Shown: positions 36,584 to 50,256 of the stretch, one piece after another
Layout: every line of letters starts with the position of its first letter
Numbering within the stretch: position 1 is the stretch's first letter
Assembly: GCA_021613535.1 (NCBI GenBank)
Contig: CP075497.1
Location: 11,656,001 to 11,720,000, forward strand
Origin: Adineta vaga
Taxonomy: Eukaryota > Animalia > Rotifera
Direction of reading: 5' to 3'
DNA length: 64,000 nucleotides
Notes under the pieces: generated by a model
What the model was told of the DNA's origin: nothing
The model's input: only the letters and a program-made list of their open reading frames with translations
The model's database searches: none
Program-made: the position numbers and the translations under genes

Positions 36584-38739
36584 TCATTGATGAACTTTAT
36601 TGGGTAATTTCGGTACAGGTGGTAAATTAACCCAATTTACATTCACACTGGATATACGTAAACGAAGCTTAGGTGCAAATACACGCATATCACCAAATTT
36701 CAAACCGTGTTGTTCTTCGTATTGAGAAATAATACGTGCATATTTTTTCGATGGATCTTCCTGTTGTTGTGATTGTTGCTGGTGATGTTGAGAAGGTGGT
36801 CGACTAAATAAAATAGATGTATATGAGTACACAAAACGATCGAGATCAATATCTTACCCTCGTCGAGCAGGTACTCGTATTGTTTGTTGAAAATCTTCTT
36901 CTTGTTGTTGCTGTTGTTGTTGTAGCTGTTGTTGTTGTTGTGTATCTTGATTAACATCATATTCTTCATCATCTTCATATTTTCTATATCGATTTTGTTT
37001 TGCATATTGTGATTGTCGATTATTGCCATTAGATGAATAATCATCATCATTTGGACGAATACGTTTTCTCATTTGTTGTTGATCATCGTCTTCATCGTCA
37101 TTTTCATAATATCGTTTCGAATTCTGATAATTTGATGAACGTTTATAAGGTTGAGTAATGGTTGTATTACGAAATTGTAAACGATTTTCTTCATCAATGA
37201 TTTCCTCACCGCCAGGACCTTCGATATGTTCTGTTGTTAAACCAGCTTGTTTCTACAAAGAAAAGAACATATTGTTCTTAGAAATCTGATTCATCTGAAT
37301 TTAGAGTATCGAATTCTCTTGTATATCAATGATAGCTATGTTTGATCAGTACGACTTACCTTATCAGGTGAAACAATATCAATTTGATTTTTCGTTGATC
37401 CATCTGTGTTTGTTGGAAGTTTGGAATTATTTGATGATGAATCAATAGTTGCATCTTGTAAGAGCATTTTTTTTGATTCTGGCAATTGTTCATAGAAACT
37501 TGGTAACATATTACCAATATAGGATGATTTAATTGTTCCTCCTGTTGGTTTAACAGGAGGTGCAGCTGGAGGAGGTGGTGGTAATTTCACTGGTGATGAC
37601 ATTGTTTTTGTACTTGTTGTTTGAACATTCATTTCATCATCATCATCTTCGTCAAGTTCTTGATCTTCTAACATATCCATTTCTGTCACAGTTGGTGCGA
37701 TGTCATCATCAAGATCTTCATCAGCAATTGATGAACGAAGATGATTTGCTCGAAAACGTTGTACAGCAATACGAGCAGCTGTACGCCGTGGTGGTTTATT
37801 TCGACGTTGAATTGGTTGATGAAGATCACCTTCAAGACTATCCTCATCTTCTTCGTCCTCATCAAAATCATCACCTGAATTGAAATCATTTGAATGACGA
37901 AATGTCACACGTTTCGACGAGGCACTAGGTGGATATTCTGAACGAGGATAAAGACGTGGTGGAGGAGGAATATTACGACGTATCTGATAATTATTACCAC
38001 GTGTACCACTATATGATGATGGAATGCCACGACGAGGAATCATTGTCGATGGTTGACGATAAGATGAAGTTGCTGATGGAATCACTGGTCGATTAACCAT
38101 TCCACCACGAGATCGACGTTCCTCTTCAAACGATGGTCGACTTGTATAACCACCTCGCATCTAAATATGAAAATCAAAAGATTACATGCTTTACGGTATT
38201 AAGATCAAAGAAGTTTACAGTAGGAGGTTTAATTCGTCGATCTACATGTCCAATAGCTAATGGATATTTCACTGGTGTATCATCATCAGCAAAATTATAA
38301 TGTCGATAATTATTAACTAAAGGAGAAGTCGAATGTGAAGGTATGACTGCAAGGGGAGCACGTTCACGTCCATTAATCGTTCGACGTGTATTCATTCTCA
38401 TAAAAACTTCATAGGGATCATAATCATCATTATTTTGTTGAGTTGTATTATTTAAATCTATTGCATCAACTTCAAGACAAAGATCAACATTAAGACCAGC
38501 ATATGGATCATAACCATCATCCGTTGTTGACATATATTCAAATGCTGCATAAGATGTTGATGTTGGTTCTACTTCACATTCAAAATTAGCTTCATCTTTT
38601 CGTTCTAAAATACATATTGATTAGTACTTCTATTTTTACTTGAAAAATTCTTACCGCGAATTTCTGCATCTCGTTTTAATTTCCATCCAAGTAAAGTAAG
38701 ACCTTCGGTAAGTGTAGGCTGATGATGTATAGTAGTCAT
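36584..38739 (-). CDS. Low-complexity, probably disordered protein (RG-rich, acidic, poly-P, poly-Q), unknown
   Basis: Five exons join in frame through GT-AG introns, from MTTIHHQP... to ...LPNKVHQ*. No recognisable domain. Confidence 0.7.
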
Positions 38740-38846
38740 CTAGAAAAACAAAACAAAACAAAAACACAAAATTAAACTTTCTCTTTAAAATAAAGAGATA
38801 ACAACGATAGATGATTGCTGAAGATTTTTTTTTCTTTAAATTAAAA

Positions 38847-41800
38847 CTATTCATCAGTACTATCATTTTTTTTATGGCGAGAAGAATTTTTCGTTTTTCG
38901 TGCTTCCATTTGACCTAGTTTTTTGTAAACGACTTTTTTCAATTGTTTATGTTTTTGTAAACGTTTTATGTCTTGAGCTTTTTGTTGTTTTTTATGTTGA
39001 GCATAGCGTGTTTCTTGAGTTTTCTGTTTCGTTTTCAAACGATCTTTGTAAACTGTTGTGAACATTTTCATAATATCAGCCATCTAAAATACGATTTCAT
39101 CTTTGATTTAAAAAGCAAAAAAATATGAGATTATCCTAGTACCTTTTTCTCTTCCGGTTCAAGAATAACAGCAACACGTTGTTTTTCTTGAATTGGATCT
39201 TTAATTGTTGTTGTTTCTGTTGATTTTGGTTTTAGATGGAATGGTAGATCGCTTTGAAGTTGAGTAGGAATTTGTAATGGACGAAAAATACGCTCTCTTC
39301 TTTCGATTGGTTTATAAAGAGAATCAACATTCGGTTCATTCCTAATGTTTTTATCACGTTTAAGTTGACCAAGAGATCTGAAAATTGACTCGTCTTCTAT
39401 GATAATCCTTTTGAATTTGAACAAATCTTACCGAAGTCCTTGCCATTGATCTTTCTGTTCCGTAGTCATTAAAAGATTTGTAACTGGTGTATAAAATCTC
39501 GGTACTTGTAATGGAAGCCATGCTCGAAGAAAGATAATATCTTAAGAAGGAAAATCAATTTGAAAGATTTCAATTCCTGATTGTTCTTACCACTGAGAAG
39601 AATTTTATCTTCAAATGTCGCACGAAATGCACCTGGATGTTCTTTACAAATCTTTTTTATTTGCCCACGTATTCCACTGACAGTTCGAATTGATGCACCT
39701 TGAAATTTCGCTACTTCCAATGAAGTATTGAACATTCCCTAGATAAACACGAAGTATATTAAAAAGAATTAGTTTATTCATAAGAGATTTTACTTTAATA
39801 AACGCTGTTTTCTTAAAGATTTTATAAGGTGTACCAATTAATTTTAATTTCTTCACAATTTTTGTTGATTTATCTAAATCAACCACAACACCTGTTGCTG
39901 TCACTCGAAAATCGGTCTAAACAACAGAACATCATTGATTGACAAATTTCAACAATCAACTTACTCGTCCAGCTATTTGTTGAACAGCAATAAATCCCGT
40001 ATTTTGTGGAGTAATAGGTCCTATAAACAAAAATATAATCAAATATTTGCTTCTAGACAAATTTCATACCATAAAATAGTGCATGACAATACATATGTTG
40101 TGGTGTATATTTTAATAATCGATGTCTCATATTATGATCTTGCATGAAATAATATGGAATTGTTTGAAAACGTCGCCAACCCAATGAAACAATCAATGGA
40201 TCTTTGCTTTTCAAGATTTTCTTATGCCAACGATGTTTTTTCAAACGAACTTGAACATAACCTGTATGAGATTCTGTAACAGGCATTCCACCAAGAATAG
40301 TTATATAACGTGGATCGAAATTATTAACAAATTCACATGGAATTTGTGTTAATTCACAACGAACATACATTCCAGGACGATAACCTTCGTATTGAACACG
40401 AATATCATCGGGCATATTTTCAAATTCTGATCGATTTAACTAGAAAAACGAAAGATAAATTGAATGATCGAGAAAGAAATATCAAGTTATACATACTTTA
40501 GTTTGAATGTCCACTTCTTTTTTTAATTCATCAAGATATTTGGAATCTGGATCTTTTGATTGATCAAATTCGGCATCAAATGTAGATTTTAATTTCGCTT
40601 TTTTATTTCGAAGTTTAGCTTCTTCCGAATCATCTGCTTTTTTATCATCATCGTCATCGTCATCATCTAAATAACACTTTTATAAAGATATTTCATCAAA
40701 ATATTGGATTTTTACCATCGAAATCCATCTGATTGCCTTCACCACGACTCTTTTCACCTGTTTCAAGATCTTCAAAATCACCAAATACATCTTCTGAAAA
40801 AACAAACCTATGAAATGATCTTCCAATCAAACAATAAACAAACATACCATCATCATCATCATTCATTTCATCATCTTCTGCAAGTAAATTTGCTGCATCT
40901 TTATCTTTTTCCCATTTTCCTGTTACAAAACAATCACGAATCAAATCACAAACCTAAAATTAAAAAGAAAATCGATTCTAATCATTCTCTTTTCTCCTTT
41001 TATTCATCATACATCTTCTAAGTTCCAATCATGTTTGTCATTTTGATTATTTAATGTATAATCTTCTTGATCATTCACATTGATTTTCTTTCGATGAGAT
41101 ATATGAAATAATCCACCAACTTCGGAGTGTTTGTTTTTAGAATTAATTTCATCAGTAGATACATCTTCATTTCCTTTTTCTATAAATCAAAGAAAAGATT
41201 CTTTTCAAATAACAAATTTCATTATCCGTACCATAGACAAGTTTCGTCCAATTAATAGCTTTATTTGGAACATAACTGATTGAAAATTTCTTGGATATAT
41301 TTTCTTTCCATGATGAACCTAAGAAATGTATAAGTGAACAATTCGTTCGTATACAAGGATAAATCTAGATAATCAAGCTACTTACCAAATTCGCCTTGTT
41401 CGGGTTCCTAAAATAAACACAAAAGATGATTATCCTGTAGTTGTCTTACATTCTGTACTTACTTGGTCATCATCATTATTATCATCATCTTCTTCTTCTT
41501 CCTCTTCTTCGTTGCTTTCATTATCGTCGTCGTCGTCCTCCTCCTCCTCTTCTTCGTTATCATCCTCGTCTTCTACTTCAGAAATATCTTCATCTTCTGT
41601 TTCAAATTTCATTTTTCTTCGTTCTGTATCTTTACTACAAACAAAATCATGAATATATATATTTGAAAAAAATGCAACTAATCTTCTCATACTCGTCTTC
41701 AGCTGTAACTGGTTCGCTATCAGCAAATAATTTCAATTGACTTGATGCTACTTTGTCTTCAATTGTTTGTCGTGTTGATAAAATATTTGCTACATATTCA

Positions 41801-43281
41801 CTGATTGGTCTTGTCTAAAACAATTCATTAAATTTAAATGCTTTTCAATATATTTGAATTTACTTTTTCATTATTATTCGTCGGTCGATGTGAATGTGAA
41901 CCACCTAATTCAATATATACAGCATCTTTATCATAAACAATTCCACCAACACCAGAAAATGGTGCATACATAAGTCGTTCTTTTTCATTTAAAACTCGTC
42001 GAGCTTTTTTCGTTTTCGTCGATCGATCACCTGGTAATCCACATGGATCCGGTAAAGCTGATATATTCGTCAGTTTGTAATCACCACAACCTAAAAAACC
42101 ATTTAATCTTCACAATAACTCGAAACTAAAGTCGTTTACCTGGAATATGAATTGGTGTATCAGATTTGATTGGACATCCACGTACATAACCATACAAACA
42201 TACAGTACGACTACATAATGGATCTGTTCGAATTAATTCGGGTTCTGTTAAATCTTCCATTCTGAAAAGAGATTTTTATGAGAAGAAGAAGTGGAAGAAA
42301 TGAAAGATTTACCGATCAGCAACAACGAATGGATGTGTTGTTTTCCATGTTGATGGTTTAAATTTCATGACAGAAATAAATCTTGCTAGATTATGAACAT
42401 CCCGTTGAATATATTCGCCATTTTTCATTCCGGACATGAGAAATAATTTAGCACCCTGATAAATCTCAGTCCAAAATCGATGCTTCAATTGTGTTTTTCG
42501 TTTATTCAATTGTTTATTCATTTTTTTATATAAATCCATATGAGTTAAAACACCCATAATTCTTGGTAAACCATAAATTTGTGCAATATTTAAAAACTCA
42601 AATGTTTCCATTTCAAAACCAAATTTCGCATCGATTAAAAGCAAAACCTATTCAATTCAATAATATTTTCCCATGCATCAAAACAATGAAACCTTACTAA
42701 ATCAGCTATTTTTGCCACATCAATCATTGAATTAATATCATTTCGACATTCAATAAAAGTAATACGACGTTTTCGTCCTTAACAAACGAACAATCATAAA
42801 TTAAAATTCATTTTGTAAAACTTCCACAAACCTGAAACGATCGTAACTGGTCCTCGAATATCTGTTAATTTTTGTCGTGTAAAATTTTTAATTAAACATT
42901 TCATTAATAAACTTTTTCCAACTTTTCCTGGTCCAACTAATGCAACGACAACAGGCGGTGGCTCAAGTGGTGTTCGATCAACTTCAGGTAGATGTATTCG
43001 TTTTTCTTTGATATCTTGTGTTCTGATTTAAATTAAAAAAAATCAAAAGTTTCTGAAAAGAAAAATGAATCTTATCATTACCGTCGAAATACTTGTTGAG
43101 CTTTGATAGGATTTTGTATACTAAATGCTTTTGGATTTCGTCGCTTTGCTTCTTCTAAAGTTGTTGCTTTCGTCGACGATGGTTTTTCTCCTCCTACTTC
43201 TTCTTCTTGTTTCTTTTTCTTCCGTCGTTCTGCTTTCACACCTGTAGTTGCTTTTCGAAATGCTTTCTGTTTTTTCTCCAT
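38847..43281 (-). CDS. BMS1: Ribosome biogenesis GTPase BMS1
   Basis: [17 protein letters not shown]-loop, [70 protein letters not shown]. Confidence 0.97.
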
Positions 43282-43305
43282 CTGAAAGAAAAATCAAAAG
43301 AAAAA

Positions 43306-44138
43306 TTATTCAGATTTGCGCATCGATTGAACAATAGAAGGGTCAAAAGGTTGTCCTTTAAATGGAGAGCCCTCTGCATTCCATGCTTGTTTCATAATAT
43401 CCTGATATTTCTAAAGACAAAGAAATCAAAGAAATTTCATTAAAAACTAAATATAAATTTGTTTCACTTGTTCTTCGGATGTCGGTAAACCCATAGCTTT
43501 TTGTCTTTGATCATACATCATCTGATGAATTTTCATCTGTTCCTCTTGATTTAAATCTTCCATCGATTTTTCAGGTTGAATATGTTTTAAACTGATCTTT
43601 TTTTCATCAATAAGAAAATTTTCCCACCAACGTTCCAGTGCTTTTTCCATGGAAATCTAAATATGAAAGAAGTTATCTTAGAAGATTTTCAAGAATTTAA
43701 TTTACATGAATATGTTCACCAGGAACTAAACTCCAGGTTGATTCCTCGGAACGTATTGCCCATGGTAAATCACTATCAATGATTGTTCGAATACCAGTTG
43801 ATTCAATTAAATCAATTTTAATGTGTTGTTTCGAGAAAGTTACTTTTACTTCTTTGCCTTTCTTAATCGTTTTTGGAATCTAAATTATGAAAAATTTCTT
43901 CTATGAGAATCTGAGGAATTGAAAGTTTGATTTACTTTAACTCGAACATCGATATCGTTGATTGTTTGTGTCCAAGAATAAAGATCACGTTCAGCACCAT
44001 TGTATGTTTCAGGACGAGATTGAAAATCTTTTTGTTCTCTAAATAGATAGAAAATGCAATGCAAACAGATCATAATTCTGCTTACAATGCTTCAATTGGA
44101 TCAGCAACATTAGAATTTTCAACAGGATTTGAAGTCAT
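43306..44138 (-). CDS. NUDCD3: NudC domain-containing protein 3 (CS/p23 plus NudC-C), lacking the N-terminal domain
   Basis: YNGAERDLYSWTQT, ESTWSLVPGE, MMYDQRQKAMGLPTSEEQ and AWNAEGSPFKGQPFDP. An in-frame TAA lies two codons upstream of the ATG. Confidence 0.88.
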
Positions 44139-45600
44139 AATTTAAATAAGAATTGATTCACCTAAAAAATTTCAGAAAATGGATGAATATATTCGTATAA
44201 TGGTGAGTCTTTGTTTATCGAATTCTTTGCCCTATTCTGATTGATTGTAATTTATTGACCAATCAGAATACGGAAATGTACCTCCTTGTCTTCAATATAA
44301 ATTTTATAAATCAAGATCGAATATTATGCAAACAGCGACGGATATCTTTGAAAATCATTCCGAAAAAATATTTTTGTAATGAGAAATATGAATAGATTAT
44401 TAATACGACATCTATTCTATGAATGATGTATTTTAGATGTCGCTAATTTTCTGTAAAACATGAAATGAAAGATTTTTGTCAAGTTTAATTTTGTTCGATG
44501 CTCGTTTTTGATTAATTTTATTATTATTAAGATTTCATAATTACACTACAATCAAATATTCGATGTGAGAGATATTACATACAGATTAATGCATTGTGAA
44601 CTTCTTCTTAAAAAAGCTTCGACATACAATTCATATGAATAAACTTTTTCGTTTCTAATACCATTGAATGATCTTAAGCTCGATCGTTCATTATTATGAA
44701 AAAAGATATCAATGTCAAAACCCTCATTACATTTATTGATTATTGTCATAGTAACATTATTTTTATTTAAGAACTATTTTTAAGAAACATGTTTCTAATC
44801 ATTAAATATCACATTTTTTAAATGAGAAGAAAAAATAATTTTCAGCTTTATTGAATAGTCAATAGTAATCGTATTTTATTTTTACTATTCTTTATCAAAT
44901 AAAGGGTCATCGCACGGTCACATCGTCGTTTTTCGTTCTTTTCGTTTATTACTAAACAACAAGTAGCACGTATACTTTTCATTTACTCATCAATGCACAT
45001 GCTTTGTATACTACGAGTAAGTAATGTTGAACTAATGTGTGAGATATAAATACACTTTTCTTCGCTCTACTTGTTTAAATGACTCCAGAAAGTAATCCTG
45101 TTAAATCAGTCATGAATGATAATTATAGAAACAACATAAATTACTAGTCGATGTTCTATTATTAAGAGTATAAATAATATTTTAAATTAAATTGATAAAA
45201 GTAAGATTTAAAAAGACATGAAGTATAATTTAGTTTTATTCATGAGAACTACGAAAAAATTGATTTATTTTTTCTTTCTTTCTTTCTCAATTATAAACTC
45301 ATAGTCGTTAAGAAGAAGAAGAAGAAGAAGAAGACAGGTAAGGTGTCTTTTTTTGCGTTTCTTCTCTCCAGTACAAATTTATAAACTATTCGTCCATGAA
45401 AGAATACAAAAGTTGAGTAGAGAGAAAGAAATAATGAACGAACATAACTTATTTAACGTCGTCAAACAGAACGAAAGAAATCTTCATATACATCAACTTC
45501 ATTCCTTGTTATACTATTCGTATAAAGTATTGTCTGTCATTCTTGAACTTATATCTATCTATTCTTATTCTAGATCAATTAGTGGAATAACAACGTTAGA

Positions 45601-48600
45601 ATGACTTCAAAAAATGCTCAACTTGCTCTGTATAAATCCTTTGCAGATGCATATAAGAAGGGTCATCCTGGAATGACAAAATATGTAATTGACTACTTAA
45701 ATATATCTTCAAATCATATCGAGTATTTTATTTTATAGGCATGTCATTACAATACTGAAATGGAATGGAAAAAAATTAAAACTAATGAACAATTAATTAA
45801 AACTGAAATAGAAAAATATCTAGAACTTGCTAAACAACCGGATAAAAAAGAAAATAACAATGAAGTAACTGCTAATAATACTTCAAAAGAAGAAAAATCA
45901 AGTACAATAAATGAACGAAAACGAACATTATCTTCGGATGATGAACATGAACCCTATGAAGTAGAACTCGAAGATAATGTTATTACCCCTGTTGAACCAA
46001 CATTTACTAAACGTGATTCAATAAAACATACGGAGTTCAATGATCCTAATAAACCATGGGTGGCTCTTTCACTCGCAAGAGCTCATGCACGAGCCGAAGC
46101 GCGTAATGCTAAAGTTCAAGCTCGACGTCTTGCTAGTGAAAATCGAATCAAAACTCCTGTACAAGAAGGTGTTATACAAGAAATCAAAGAGATTTCGGAA
46201 CGTATTGCTAGTTTAGTTCAAGTGAAAAATATGGGTTTATCAACAACGGATTCGAATCAAACATTAAAAAAATTACTTCAACAAAAAAAAGAACGTACTG
46301 CTGAATTAAGTCGTCTACAGTCGAAACAACGTTCATCAGCACGTTATCGTCAACGAAAGAAACGTTGTGTAGAATCCATTTGTGCTGCTGATCCGGAAGT
46401 AGCTGCTGAACTTTTAAAACTTTATAAACCTGCGACACTTCGCGTGCAAATCGATAATATTTGTCCTGATCTAATTCAAACTATTGAAGAAATTGCTCGA
46501 ATTGCTGGTGCAACTGATACCAATCCTCGATTAATTAATGTCGCACCATGTACATCATTAGATGATTTGAGAGTCAAAATAAAAGAACGTGGTTACGAAA
46601 TTCGACGATCATCATCATTTTATCGGTAAAGAAAAAGAAGATCAACAGCAATTTATTGATTTTTCTTTGTTTTTAGTTTGATTCCAACAGGAATTTTTAG
46701 TGAAGATGGAAAACGACATGTCACTTCGGAACTTGTTCGTCTTCGAAAACTCCAAGGAATTGAACAAACAAAACATGAAGGTAATACAATTTTGTACAAA
46801 TCGATTATTTCTCGATACAAATTGATTATTTAGATTGCCATTTTATTGTTGCAACTTTACAACATATTAAAGATTTAGCTGGAACATTTGGAAATGAATG
46901 TGTCTTTTATTTTATTCAAGATCGAAAGGCTTCTGTTCGAATTGGTCGACCATCAGCAAGAGGACATTCACCTTTCATTATGCATTTAGATTATCAAACA
47001 AGTACAGCAGATTCAACACCTCTACCACCCAGTGTTCCTTATCAATTAAAACCGACGTAGGTTCTATTTTTTTTAACATTAACTTTTGATTTCATTCATT
47101 CATTTCTAGAGTCTATGCTTCATGTGTTATTGATGATTCTGGTCTCGTTGGCTTTGCCGGTCCAACATATATATCAATACGATCAGCAAAACATGATCGA
47201 TTTAGTACTGAAAGTGATGATGTGGATTTCGATTGTATACTTAAATTAAAAGAATTTGAAAAAACTGCTCGAAATCATCTGGGAACGATCAAACCAATTA
47301 TAATTATGGGTGTTGATAATCTTGAATGGAATGATTATACACGTCTTCCATCAACTCTTACTTCAGCCATAAATAAATTTAAAAAATATAATCTTGATGC
47401 TCTTTTTATCATAACAGAAGCACCAGGTCAAACAGCATTCAATGTTGTTGAACGACGTTTAGCATCGTTGGCAAAAGATTTAACTGGTTTAGTTTTACCA
47501 TATGATTATTTTGGTACACATTTGAATATTAGTGGTGTAACGATTGATGCTGAACTAGAAAAAATTAATTTTAAAAAAACCGGTGAAGTCCTCGGAGAAG
47601 TCTGGAGTATGGATATGATTGATCAACATCCGGTTGTTGCAGAATATATTGATCCACCAGAATCGGTTGATGATACACTTCGATTAATTGATAGTCAATT
47701 TACATTAGATGCAATTATTGATGAGTAAGTTGTAATTGGATCTATTTCACAATTTACTAAGATATATTATTGATATGAATAGAATTTGTGATGAAGAAGA
47801 AGAAACACCACTTCATCTTCGTATTGCTAGTGGTCGATCTGCTCCATCTAGACATTTAGTTCTTGATACTCCTGCAAAACCAATTGATACTACTATCGAT
47901 GAGTAAGTTTTCTTTTTTTGATTTCTCATTTTCTACATGATTGATTATTTTAGATATTGGTGTGCAACACATGTATTTCAAACTCAATACTCCATACAAA
48001 TAATTCGTTGTACAAAACCAGAATGTTGTGGTCCATGGCGTTCCAATTATATTCAAGTATTTCCACATCGTTTTCTTCCACCACCTGTTCCCTTCGATCG
48101 TTCATCAGATGGTGTTCGTTTAGCTGAACTTGAATCTTCAATTGCTACAACAAATCCCATCTCACCTTATTACGGCACTTTATTTCAACGTATACAATTT
48201 CATGGTATCGTTATGCAAGGAACCAATAATTTACTTTTACCGTTTGATTCTTATTGTCCATCTGTACAAACGAAACTTCATTCTCGAGTATGTTCAATCT
48301 GTAAACAATATATTCCATCTGCTACTCGTTTACGTAATCATTACAAAGTTCATCAACAACGATATGCTTTGAATTCAATTGATTATAAATTTCATAAAGA
48401 TGAAGAATTAATTGATGAACCAGATCCAATTGAACCAATAACAATTCTTCCATGTCAAACTAATCCAAGTCTCAATGGTGTTTCTCTTTTTTCTGATATG
48501 GCCGAATGGCTTAAATCAGATTTCGAAGTTGATCCTGTAGTTGAATCCAAACCCAAATCATCAGCTACAATTGCAAATGCAATGATTCGAAGAGAAAGAC

Positions 48601-48914
48601 AATTACAAGAAGCTGCAGCAGCAGCAATTGGTATAAGTCCAAATGACATCGGAAAACTAACATCAGTTGAACCTGTAGCAACAATATCTGTTGATAATGC
48701 ATTAACAACATCAACAACAACAAATGAAATAATATCTTTGGATGAAATTAAAACTGAATGTGAAATAGTTGATACGAGTACAGATAATACAAATGTTATT
48801 GATGCAATGGAACATTTAGTGGTTACAGATGATAGAACAGATTCAACTAGTGATCAAAATGATAACTTTTTGAATCAATATGATGATCTCAGTGATCTTA
48901 TTGATCAAATTTAG
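45601..48914 (+). CDS. Zator/TP36-type DDE transposase-derived protein with a C2H2 finger, 7 exons
   Basis: YRLIP...EDGKRHV, FIQDRKASVRIG, VYAS...GPTYISIRSAKHD, KPIIIMGVD, APGQTAFNVVERRLA, LVLPYDYFGTHL and CSICKQY...LRNHYKVH. Six GT-AG introns keep the frame open. Confidence 0.75.
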
Positions 48915-49049
48915 TGTGAATGACTACTTTATTGTTAAGTTTGTTTTACTTTTCTTGTTTTTGAAGAAAATATACAATCGTAGAACTAATAAATACAGAC
49001 AAAACAATCTATTAATGGATTTAATTTGATCATAAAAGTATACAAGTTC

Positions 49050-50256
49050 TTATGATTCATCAAAACATGCACATTCTCTTCGTTGACACCGATCACGTAG
49101 ATCAGATTGATAACATTTGAATAAAGTTGTCCATGCTCGTTCAACTGTATGACCAAAAATCGGATTATCAGGTGTTGATTTAAAAACTAAAGAACGAGTA
49201 TCACGATGAAGCCAATGAGAACTATTTGCCTAAGAAGATTCAACGATACAAATTTGAATACCCAAATAACAAAAATTTTTCTTACGGTAAGAAGATCATA
49301 CAGGTATTTATAAATATGAAATGGCCGCTTGTGAATTCGTTTCTTACTAACAAGAAATTGACCACGAAATGCAATCTTAAAATACAAAATTAAAGTATTT
49401 TACGTATAGAATTTTCATTATTATGAGAATGTTTGAAAGAAAAATATATTCTCATTTGTTAGAACTACTCGGTAAATATAGCAGCGTCGTGATCTCTTCG
49501 GTACACCTCTAAGCGAATATCTTTAAAGAATGATCTTTCTCTCATAATAAATCTTACTGCTTGTCCTCCCGGTGGGCATAAGGTTTGTTCCACTAGCGCC
49601 CAGATCTGTACCAATCTTGGAAAGTTTCCTGTAAAATGTGTACCACAATCAATTGTAACTATCATACTAGGATGAACTAATGGCATATAACCAACAGATG
49701 AATTAAATTGATTTTCTAATCGATCAGAATACCAATCAGCTAAACCTTTATCAGTAAGACCTTCAACACCCGCTTGAGAAAAGATTGTATGATTCGCAAG
49801 AATCTGATAATGTTCAATAATATGATAAAGATAAGTTGCACCTTCTCGACCTAAATTTGGTAGAAACTGAATAATATCAGCATCAAGAAGAATTTTCAAA
49901 ACTTGATTATTAATTTTTGAATTTTTGTTATAAACAATCACACGTGGATGAAGTTTTCTTAACTTAACAGTATTTCTTAAATCACGAATATATTGAGCAA
50001 CATAATCCACATCTTCCGAATAATAACTAATGACAATATCAAATGAATTTGAAGTTAAAATTAAATCATTATAAGTATTAATTTCATTCGATTTGAAATA
50101 TAAAAGTGTAGCATGTTTATTCGTATATTTCAATTCACTACGCCATTTATTAAAATAAATAACTAGATTAATTAATGCAATAATAAAACATGTCATAATT
50201 ATGAAATATTGTTTGGAGAGATGTTTAAATGATGATCGAATGGATCTAGTTTTCAT
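49050..50256 (-). CDS. DUF3431-family protein with a type II membrane anchor, 3 exons
   Basis: N-terminal TM segment, IVISYYSED, LPNLGREGATYLYHIIEHY, FRGQFLVSKKRI and FGHTVERAW. Confidence 0.8.
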
